A stretch of 64,000 nt of DNA from Gammaproteobacteria bacterium (GTDB lineage Bacteria; Pseudomonadota; Gammaproteobacteria; Steroidobacterales; Steroidobacteraceae): NCBI GenBank assembly GCA_037440085.1, contig JBBIUT010000002.1:7337-71336 (forward strand). The letters are read 5' to 3'. The notes beneath the pieces were generated by a model. That model worked only from the letters and a program-made list of their open reading frames with translations, searched no databases and was not told the origin of the DNA. Of this stretch, positions 56,877 through 64,000 are shown one piece after another. The stretch's first letter is position 1. Every line of letters starts with the position of its first letter. Made by a program: the position numbers and the translations under genes.

Positions 56877-56965
56877 GCGGAACTATTCATGAACCAAAGG
56901 TAGTTTCGTGGATCACCGCCCAACCCGGCCTTCTTCACGTTTTTCCGTAATTCATGAATAGTTCC
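56877..56965. repeat. 16-bp perfect inverted repeat with 57-nt spacer between convergent ubiI and phhB
   Basis: CGGAACTATTCATGAA (56877-56892) is the exact reverse complement of TTCATGAATAGTTCCG (56950-56965). Each arm contains the palindrome TTCATGAA. Confidence 0.9.
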
Positions 56966-57005
56966 GGCTAGAGCCGCCTGGCGTCAACCGCGCCCGGCGC
57001 CGTGC

Positions 57006-57341
57006 TCATTCCAACAAGCGATCGATCTTGGCGGCGCAGATGAAATCGTTCTGTGACAGACCGCGGATCGAATGCGTGGTGTAGGTGAGGCGGCAGTAGT
57101 CATAACCGACCTCGAAGTCGGGGTGGTGATCTTCCACATTCGCGATGTGCGCGGCCGCGTTGACGAAACTCATGGTACGGTAGAAATCCTTGAACCTGAA
57201 CGCGCGCTTCAGGCTTTTGGCATCGGCGGCGAGCTTCCAATCGGGGTGCAGCTCGGCGCGCAGCGCCGCGGCCTCGGTCTTGTTCAAGGGCGCAACACCG
57301 CCTTCACAGGGTGCACATTTCTTTGCGGACAGCTCGTTCAC
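57006..57341 (-). CDS. phhB: Pterin-4-alpha-carbinolamine dehydratase
   Basis: 111 aa with the [11 protein letters not shown] motif. Its ATG overlaps the ispG stop. Confidence 0.9.
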   Translation of the reverse strand: MNELSAKKCAPCEGGVAPLNKTEAAALRAELHPDWKLAADAKSLKRAFRFKDFYRTMSFVNAAAHIANVEDHHPDFEVGYDYCRLTYTTHSIRGLSQNDFICAAKIDRLLE

Positions 57342-58558
57342 GAAGAGGTCCTGTGATAGGTGCGCTCGACGTAGCGTTCGACCAGCTCCTGGAACTCCTC
57401 GGCGATGCGCTCGCCTTTGAGCGTCACCGTCTTGGCGCCGTCCTCATAAACCGGTGCCACCGGATACTCGCCCGTGCCCGGCAGGCTGATGCCGATATTG
57501 GCGTGCTTGCTCTCGCCCGGGCCGTTGACCACGCAGCCCATGACGGCGACCGTCATGTCCTCGACGCCCGCTCGCTGCTGGCGCCACTGCGGCATGCGAT
57601 GGCGGATATGGCCCTGGATTTTCTGCGCCAGCTCCTGGAAATAGGTGCTGGTGGTGCGGCCGCAGCCCGGGCACGCAATCACCATCGGCGTGAACGAGCG
57701 CAAGCCCATGGTTTGCAGTATTTCCTGCGCGACGATGACTTCCTGGGTACGGTCGCCGCCGGGTTCGGGCGTCAACGACACACGGATCGTATCGCCGATG
57801 CCTTCTTGCAGCAGCACGCCGATGGCGGCGGTCGATGCCACGATGCCCTTGCTGCCCATGCCGGCCTCGGTGAGGCCGAGATGCAACGGGTAGCTGCAGC
57901 GTGCCGCGAGATTGCGGTACACCGCGATCAAGTCCTGGACGCCGCTCACCTTGGCGCTGATCACGATCATATCCGCACCGAGCCCCAGGCTCTCGGCGCG
58001 CTTGGCGCTGTCCAAGGCCGACACCACGATCGCTTCGCGCATCACGTCAAGCGCCGGCCGGGGTTCGGCCTGCTTCGAATTCTCGTCCATCATGCGGGTG
58101 AGCAGATCCTGATCGAGGCTGCCCCAGTTCACGCCGATGCGCACCGGCTTGGCGTACCTACAGGCGGTTTCGATCATTTCTGCGAATTGCGGGTCGCGCT
58201 TGCTGCCCCGGCCCACGTTGCCCGGATTGATCCGCAGCTTGGCCAGGGCCTGCGCGCAGGCGGGGTGAGCCTTGAGCAGCTTATGACCGTTGAAGTGGAA
58301 ATCCCCCACCAGGGGTACGCCGAGGTTTTGGGCGTCCAATTTTTCGCGAATGTGCGGCACGGCGGCGGCCGACTCGTCGTTGTTGACCGTGACGCGCACC
58401 AATTCCGACCCGGCGCGCGCCAACGCTTTGACTTGCGCCACCGTGCCCTCGATGTCCGCCGTATCGGTATTGGTCATCGCCTGCACCACGATCGGTGCGC
58501 CGCCGCCGATGGTCACGTCGCCGACTTTGACGCTTGATGACTTTCTGCGTGATCTCAT
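57338..58558 (-). CDS. ispG: 4-hydroxy-3-methylbut-2-enyl diphosphate synthase
   Basis: Motifs VQAMTNT and ACPGCGRT are present. The start is taken at [14 protein letters not shown], by similarity to the E. coli IspG N-terminus. Confidence 0.9.
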   Translation of the reverse strand: MRSRRKSSSVKVGDVTIGGGAPIVVQAMTNTDTADIEGTVAQVKALARAGSELVRVTVNNDESAAAVPHIREKLDAQNLGVPLVGDFHFNGHKLLKAHPACAQALAKLRINPGNVGRGSKRDPQFAEMIETACRYAKPVRIGVNWGSLDQDLLTRMMDENSKQAEPRPALDVMREAIVVSALDSAKRAESLGLGADMIVISAKVSGVQDLIAVYRNLAARCSYPLHLGLTEAGMGSKGIVASTAAIGVLLQEGIGDTIRVSLTPEPGGDRTQEVIVAQEILQTMGLRSFTPMVIACPGCGRTTSTYFQELAQKIQGHIRHRMPQWRQQRAGVEDMTVAVMGCVVNGPGESKHANIGISLPGTGEYPVAPVYEDGAKTVTLKGERIAEEFQELVERYVERTYHRTSS

Positions 58559-58635
58559 GGTGACTATTCTACCTTGCCGGCCGGTCGTATCGCACGGGCT
58601 CCCGCCGTCTCGCGGCAAACCGGCATAATGCGAGC

Positions 58636-58983
58636 GTGGCGGCAAGAATCATCTATTCCACCGGGATAGGCAGCCTGTGTCCCAACTGCCGCCGTGCGCT
58701 GCGCGAATGCGTTTGCCCCAAAGGCACTCCGGGCGTGCGGACGCCGAGCGCGGTGCGCGTAGCCCGGGAAACCAAGGGCCGGGCCGGCAAGGGGGTCACG
58801 ACGGTGACCGGATTGCCGCTCGCGATGGCGGACATCGAGGCGCTCGCCGCCAAGCTCAAGAAGCGCTGCGGGTCGGGCGGGACGGTGCGCGACGGGGTCA
58901 TCGAAATTCAGGGCGATCACCGCGACCTCATCGTCGCGGAGTTGATCAAATCGGGCTGGCCGGCCAAAAGGGCCGGCGGCTGA
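58636..58983 (+). CDS. yciH: SUI1-family translation initiation factor YciH
   Basis: 115 aa with a GTG start and a SUI1 domain ([10 protein letters not shown]...[16 protein letters not shown]). Confidence 0.85.
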   Translation: MAARIIYSTGIGSLCPNCRRALRECVCPKGTPGVRTPSAVRVARETKGRAGKGVTTVTGLPLAMADIEALAAKLKKRCGSGGTVRDGVIEIQGDHRDLIVAELIKSGWPAKRAGG

Positions 58984-59026
58984 GGACGCGCCTCGGATCG
59001 TGTATCATGCGCGCATCGCGAGAAGA

Positions 59027-59214
59027 GCTGTTTGGAGAGCGTCCTTTTTATCGAAGGACCGCCGAAGGCGCAACCGCCCGGAAACGCTCAGGCACATGAA
59101 CTACAGTCTCTAGCGATCTCTGGAGAGCGGTCGCGCCGCCGTCGGCGCAGACCCACCGAAGGGGAGCAGCGCGCATCGGTGCGCTCGATCTCTCAGGTCA
59201 CAAGGACAGAGGGG
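59027..59214 (+). promoter_or_regulatory. Tandem glycine riboswitch (two aptamers)
   Basis: Aptamer 1 contains GGAGAG...CGCCGAAGGCGCAA...CTCAGGCA. Aptamer 2 contains CTGGAGAG...CCACCGAAGGGGAGCA...CTCTCAGGTCACAAGGACAGAGG. A GGCACC/GGTGCC hairpin follows, ahead of the gcvT start. Confidence 0.85.
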
Positions 59215-59271
59215 CGACGGGCACCGGCGGGTGCCTGCCGTATCTCTCCTTACGTTCGCAGCGAGGTTGCG

Positions 59272-60390
59272 ATGGGCCTGAGAACTCCGCTCTACGACAC
59301 CCAGCTTTCGCAGGGCGCAAAAATCATCGACTTTGGCGGCTGGGACATGCCGCTCAGCTTCGGCTCGCAGATCGACGAACATCACGCGGTGCGCAGAGAC
59401 GCGGGTATATTCGACGTATCGCACATGTGCATCGCCGACTTGAAAGGTGCGCGCACCCGAGAGTTCCTGCGCTTCCTGCTGGCGAACGACGTCGCAAAAC
59501 TCACGGTTCCCGGACGGGCGCTGTATTCGTGCATGTTGCTGCCCTCGGGCGGCGTGATCGACGATTTGATCGTCTACTTCATGACCGAGTCGTGGTTCAG
59601 ACTGGTCGTCAACGCCGGTACGCGCCGCAAGGATCTCGCGTGGATCGGCGAACACGCGGCCCCCTTTGGAGTGGAGGTGCTCGAACGCACGGATCTCGCG
59701 ATGCTCGCCGTTCAGGGCCCCAACGCAATCGCCAAGACGCTGCCGCTGATGGCGCCGGCGCGGCGCGGCGCGGCGCAGGGGCTCGCCCGCTTCAGCGGCG
59801 CCGAGTTCGAATCCTGGTTCGTGGCGCGTACCGGATATACCGGCGAGGACGGCTTCGAGATCATGCTGCCCGCTGCGCAGGCCGCCGCCATCTGGCAGGC
59901 GCTCGTGGCCCACGGCGTCACGCCCGCCGGATTGGGTGCGCGCGATACGCTGCGCTTGGAGGCGGGCATGAATCTCTACGGCAACGACATGGACGAAAGC
60001 CGCCATCCGCTCGAGTCCGGATTGGCATGGACGGTGGCTTTCGAGCCCGCAACCCGCGAATTCATCGGCCGAAGCGCGCTCACCCGCGCGCGCGGGACCG
60101 TCCACCCCGCGCTCGTCGGCTTGCTGCTCGAGGAACGCGGGGTGTTGCGCAAATCCCAGCAAGTCAGCGCCGCCACCGACGCCGGGGCGGTTGCGCCGCA
60201 TGCTTCGATCCCGCTCGGGGAGGTCACCAGCGGCACGTTTTCGCCGACGCTGAATCGCGCCATCGCACTGGCGCGGCTGGCGCCGGGAGCCGGACCCAGG
60301 GTGCTGGTGGACATCCGCGGCAGACCGCATGCGGCGCGCGTCGTGAAACCGCCGTTCGTGCGCAACGGGAAGATATTGGTACCTATTTAA
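59272..60390 (+). CDS. gcvT: Glycine cleavage system aminomethyltransferase T
   Basis: The N-terminus MGLRTPLYD...FGGWDMPLSFGS is canonical for GcvT, 372 aa. Confidence 0.9.
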   Translation: MGLRTPLYDTQLSQGAKIIDFGGWDMPLSFGSQIDEHHAVRRDAGIFDVSHMCIADLKGARTREFLRFLLANDVAKLTVPGRALYSCMLLPSGGVIDDLIVYFMTESWFRLVVNAGTRRKDLAWIGEHAAPFGVEVLERTDLAMLAVQGPNAIAKTLPLMAPARRGAAQGLARFSGAEFESWFVARTGYTGEDGFEIMLPAAQAAAIWQALVAHGVTPAGLGARDTLRLEAGMNLYGNDMDESRHPLESGLAWTVAFEPATREFIGRSALTRARGTVHPALVGLLLEERGVLRKSQQVSAATDAGAVAPHASIPLGEVTSGTFSPTLNRAIALARLAPGAGPRVLVDIRGRPHAARVVKPPFVRNGKILVPI

Positions 60391-60407
60391 TCAAAGGAGA
60401 TCGGCGA

Positions 60408-60800
60408 GTGAGCAACATACCGGGCGATTTGCACTACACGCGAAGTCACGAGTGGGTTCGGCGGTTGCCAAGCGGACAGGTGGAGGTGGGCATCACGGAT
60501 CACGCCCAGGAGGCGCTCGGGGATCTGGTGTTCGTCGAAGTGCCGCAAGTCAAGCGGCGCGTGACTGCAGGAGAAGCGTGTGCCGTCGTCGAATCCGTCA
60601 AGGCCGCATCCGATGTCTACAGCCCGGTCACGGGCCAGGTCGCCGCAAGCAACGATGAGCTGGCGCGACGTCCGGAATTGCTCAACAGCGATCCCTACCG
60701 AGCCGGTTGGCTGATGCGCGTGGAGCCCGACGCGTCGTCCGCGGCAGCCGCCTTGCTGACGGCAGTCGAGTACGGGCAATTCCTCGAGCAAGCCGGGTAG
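60408..60800 (+). CDS. gcvH: Glycine cleavage system protein H
   Basis: GTG start with AAAGGAGA 7 nt upstream. The lipoyl-lysine motif [12 protein letters not shown] is present. Confidence 0.9.
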   Translation: MSNIPGDLHYTRSHEWVRRLPSGQVEVGITDHAQEALGDLVFVEVPQVKRRVTAGEACAVVESVKAASDVYSPVTGQVAASNDELARRPELLNSDPYRAGWLMRVEPDASSAAAALLTAVEYGQFLEQAG

Positions 60801-60807
60801 GCTCGCC

Positions 60808-62208
60808 ATGCCATTCATTCCGCACACCGCCGACGACATCGCCCGCATGCTGCATGTCATCGGAGCGCAATCCATCGACGAGCTGTTCGATGAGATCCCG
60901 GCCGGCCTGAAGGCGGCGGCGCTGCGCGGCGTCCCGCCGGCACTGTCGGAAATGGAGGTCGGCCGGCTGCTCACCGAGCGCGCCTTGCGCGACGGCAGGC
61001 CGTTGAATTTCATCGGCGCCGGCGCCTATGAGCACCACATCCCCGCTCCGGTGTGGGCCATCGCCACACGCGGGGAGTTCTATTCCGCCTACACGCCCTA
61101 TCAGGCGGAGGCGAGCCAGGGCACGTTGCAGCTGATCTACGAATACCAGTCGATGATGTGCGCATTGACCGCCATGGAAGTATCCAACGCGTCTTTGTAC
61201 GACGGCGCCTCGGCATTGGCCGAGGCCTGCCTGATGGCGGTGCGCGCGAACCGCAGTTCGGAATCGCGCCGCATCTTGCTGCCGCGCGCGGTGAATCCGA
61301 CCTATGGCCAGGTGGTGCGAACCCTCACCTGCAACCAGCATCTGGAAATCGAGGCGGTGAATTTCGATCGGCGCGAGGGGCGAGTGCCGTTACAGGCGCT
61401 GCAAGCGTACGAGGGGCGGGACTGCGCCGCGCTGGTGGTGCAACAGCCCAATTTTTTCGGCAACTTGGAAGAAGTGGACCGGCTGACCGATTGGGCGCAC
61501 GGCCAGAACATGCTGGTGATCGCGGTAGTGAATCCGACTGCGCTGGCGCTGCTCAAGCCCCCGGGCGAGTGGGGCGGTCTCTCGGGCGGCACCCGCGGGG
61601 CCGATATCGTGTGCGGCGAGGGACAGCCGCTCGGCGTCCCGCTCGCCTCGGGCGGACCGTACTTCGGCTTCATGGCGACGCGCATGCAGTACGTGCGGCA
61701 AATGCCCGGCCGAATCGTCGGCGGGACCCTGGATGTCGAAGGCCGGCCGGGCTTCAGTCTGACGCTGCAGGCGCGGGAGCAGCACATCCGGCGCAGCAAG
61801 GCGACCTCCAACATATGCACCAATCAAGGACTGCTGGTGACCGCTGCGACCATCTATCTGGCGCTGCTCGGCGCCGCCGGCTTGAAGGGCGTTGCGGCGG
61901 CGAGCGCGCAGCGCACCGCGCAGTTGGTGCGTGCGCTCAGCCAAATCGACGGTGTTTCCGCGGCTTTTGACAGCCCGCGGTTTCACGAGGCGGTGCTGCT
62001 CTTGAACCGCCCGGTGGCGCCGGTGTTGGCCGCGCTCGCCGAGCGCGGGATCTCCGGCGGGCTCGATCTTCACGCGAGCCACCCGGAACTCGGGCACGCG
62101 CTGCTGGTGTGTGCGACCGAAACCAAGACGGAAGCCGACATCGATGCGTATGCGCGCGCGCTCGCCGATGTCATGCAGCCGGCGCGTGATGTGCGCGGCG
62201 CCATTTGA
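60808..62208 (+). CDS. gcvPA: Glycine dehydrogenase (decarboxylating) subunit 1
   Basis: 466 aa N-terminal half of the P protein, encoded as a separate gene. Confidence 0.9.
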   Translation: MPFIPHTADDIARMLHVIGAQSIDELFDEIPAGLKAAALRGVPPALSEMEVGRLLTERALRDGRPLNFIGAGAYEHHIPAPVWAIATRGEFYSAYTPYQAEASQGTLQLIYEYQSMMCALTAMEVSNASLYDGASALAEACLMAVRANRSSESRRILLPRAVNPTYGQVVRTLTCNQHLEIEAVNFDRREGRVPLQALQAYEGRDCAALVVQQPNFFGNLEEVDRLTDWAHGQNMLVIAVVNPTALALLKPPGEWGGLSGGTRGADIVCGEGQPLGVPLASGGPYFGFMATRMQYVRQMPGRIVGGTLDVEGRPGFSLTLQAREQHIRRSKATSNICTNQGLLVTAATIYLALLGAAGLKGVAAASAQRTAQLVRALSQIDGVSAAFDSPRFHEAVLLLNRPVAPVLAALAERGISGGLDLHASHPELGHALLVCATETKTEADIDAYARALADVMQPARDVRGAI

Positions 62209-62219
62209 GGGGATGCAAT

Positions 62220-63704
62220 ATGGCCGACCTGAAATTACGCGAGCCGCTGATATTCGAATTGAGCAAGCCGGGCCGTCAAGCGAGGAGCCAATTTCCGCCG
62301 CCGGTATCGGCGGCGGAGCCGGCGGCAGCCTCGGAGATCCCCGAGCACCTGCGCCGCGGAGCGCCGCCACCGCTGCCTGAAGTCTCCGAGCTGCAGGCGG
62401 TGCGGCACTACACGCGCTTGTCGCAGTTCAACTTTTCGATCGATACGCATTTTTATCCCTTGGGCTCCTGCACCATGAAGTACAACCCCAAGGCCTGCAA
62501 CAGCTACGCCATGTTGCCGGAATTCTTGTCGCGCCATCCGCTCGCGCCCGATCCCCAGGGCTTCCTCGAATGCATGCACGAGCTGCAGGAAATGCTCAAG
62601 GAGATCACCGGCATGCAGCGGGTCAGTCTCGCGCCCATGGCCGGCGCGCAAGGCGAATTTGCGGGCGTTGCGATGATTAGGGCCTATCATCGATCGCGCA
62701 ACGATGCGGCTCGCCGCCAGATCATCGTGCCTCAGGCCGCGCATGGCACCAATCCGGCCACCGCCGCGATGTGCGGCTGCAGCGTCACGGAGATTCCGTG
62801 CGACCGCAACGGCGATATCGATATCGAAGCGTTGACGGCGGCGGTGAGCGGCGAAACGGCCGCGATCATGCTCACCAATCCGTCCACCCTGGGCGTGTTC
62901 GAGCACAGAATCGAGGAGGTCGCGCGCATCGTTCACGGCGCGGGCGGGCTGTTGTACTACGACGGCGCGAATCTAAACGCCATTCTCGGCAAGGTTCGCC
63001 CGGGCGACATGGGTTTCGACGTCATTCACATGAATTTGCACAAGACCTTCTCGACACCGCACGGCGGCGGCGGCCCCGGCTCCGGCGCGGTGGGGGTCGG
63101 TCCGCGCCTCGCGCCCTTTGTGCCGATTCCACTGGTGGGCAAGGTCGAGGAACGGTATCACTGGTTGACGGAACGCGACGTGCCGCACTCCATCGGCCGC
63201 CTGTCGGGGTTCATGGGCAATGCCGGCGTGAACTTGCGCGCCTATGTCTACATGCGGATGTTGGGCCGCGAAGGCATGGTGCGGGTCGCGGAATTCGCCG
63301 CACTCAACGCCAACTATCTGATGAAGCGCCTGATTCAAACCGGCTACGAAGCGGCATACCCGATGCGCCGCGCCAGCCATGAGTTCATCATCACCCTGAA
63401 GCAGGAAAACCGGCGCTACCAGGTCACCGCGATGGACGTGGCGAAGCGGCTTCTGGATCTGGGGTTCCATGCGCCGACCACTTATTTTCCGCTGTTGGTG
63501 CCCGAATGCCTGCTGATCGAGCCGACGGAAACCGAAACCAAGGAAGAGCTCGACCATTTTTGCGACGCCATGGCGGTCATTCGGCGCGAAATGGAACGGG
63601 AGCCCGAGAAACTGCGCTCCGCACCGCATACAATGCCGGTCCGGCGGCTGGACGACGTGCGAGCCGTGAAACAGCCCGATTTGGCGTGGAAGCCTGCCGC
63701 TTGA
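62220..63704 (+). CDS. gcvPB: Glycine dehydrogenase (decarboxylating) subunit 2
   Basis: The PLP-lysine motif [18 protein letters not shown] is present. The start is ATG 62220, and the ORF is open from 62205. Confidence 0.9.
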   Translation: MADLKLREPLIFELSKPGRQARSQFPPPVSAAEPAAASEIPEHLRRGAPPPLPEVSELQAVRHYTRLSQFNFSIDTHFYPLGSCTMKYNPKACNSYAMLPEFLSRHPLAPDPQGFLECMHELQEMLKEITGMQRVSLAPMAGAQGEFAGVAMIRAYHRSRNDAARRQIIVPQAAHGTNPATAAMCGCSVTEIPCDRNGDIDIEALTAAVSGETAAIMLTNPSTLGVFEHRIEEVARIVHGAGGLLYYDGANLNAILGKVRPGDMGFDVIHMNLHKTFSTPHGGGGPGSGAVGVGPRLAPFVPIPLVGKVEERYHWLTERDVPHSIGRLSGFMGNAGVNLRAYVYMRMLGREGMVRVAEFAALNANYLMKRLIQTGYEAAYPMRRASHEFIITLKQENRRYQVTAMDVAKRLLDLGFHAPTTYFPLLVPECLLIEPTETETKEELDHFCDAMAVIRREMEREPEKLRSAPHTMPVRRLDDVRAVKQPDLAWKPAA

Positions 63705-64000
63705 ATGACTGAACGAGAGAAACCCACCGGAATGGTGCGCCTGTTGCGCGCCTTCGGCTATTCTATCCAAGGTTTCCGCTACGCTTGGCGCGAAGAGGCC
63801 GCGTTCCGTCAGGAGTTGTTCCTGGCGGCATTGGTCATTCCCGGCGGCCTGTTCTTGGGCCATTCCGGCGTCGAACGGGCCCTCCTGGTTTGTCCGATGA
63901 TGCAGATTCTGGTGATCGAAATATTGAACAGCGCGGTGGAGGCGGCCGTGGATCGCAGCGGCACGGAGCGCAACGCGCTCGCCGGCATGGCCAAGGACAT
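63705..64000 (+). CDS. dgkA: Diacylglycerol kinase, 3' end cut by window edge
   Basis: Manual translation gives MTEREKPTGMVRLLRAFGYSIQGFRYAWREEAAFRQE...VIEILNSAVEAAVDR, which matches the DgkA signature. The ATG lies directly after the gcvPB TGA. Confidence 0.85.
   Translation, partial: MTEREKPTGMVRLLRAFGYSIQGFRYAWREEAAFRQELFLAALVIPGGLFLGHSGVERALLVCPMMQILVIEILNSAVEAAVDRSGTERNALAGMAKD

Overview
This is a high-GC proteobacterial chromosome segment. Gene order suggests a gammaproteobacterium of Xanthomonadales/Nevskiales type, but that is inferred from synteny only. All family calls come from motif and architecture recognition in the supplied translations. No database search, GC calculation or folding program was run.

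About 70 genes are supported, and most are core functions:
- N-methylglutamate methylamine module: mgdD(partial)-gmaS-mgsABC.
- A tightly coupled HIT-pip-GNAT-AKR-EamA operon.
- feoAB, and pyruvate carboxylase.
- The conserved block holA-nadD-rsfS-rlmH-maf-rng-yhdP-nit-tldD.
- purEK, purC, pmbA, djlA, a CRP-family regulator, coq7, rplM-rpsI, tRNA-Gln, kup and rpiA.
- The zapB-like-zapA-6S RNA-5FCL-EVE operon.
- ygfB-pepP-ubiH-ubiI, ispG-phhB and yciH.
- A tandem glycine riboswitch ahead of gcvT-gcvH-gcvPA-gcvPB, then dgkA (partial).

Two patches that look AT-richer by eye interrupt the core, and each borders a truncated gene relic:
- About 15.5-21.6 kb: a receptor Ser/Thr kinase with a Calx-beta-like ectodomain, a secreted beta-propeller/Ig-repeat protein with a GlyGly-CTERM-like tail, and a 4-TM protein.
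- About 36.7-38.8 kb: two small ORFs plus an ExeA/MshM-type AAA+ ATPase fused to an FHA domain, appended to purEK.

The most unusual structure is upstream of rpiA. It is a self-contained promoter, a 21-codon Lys/Ala mini-ORF, a hairpin and an SD, leading into an rpiA frame with no canonical start codon. Charged low-complexity extensions occur on Pip, RsfS and the CRP homologue.

No CRISPR array, transposase, integrase, or recognisable phage or defence gene was seen. I cannot point to a clear novel multi-gene system, so the candidates below are hypotheses.
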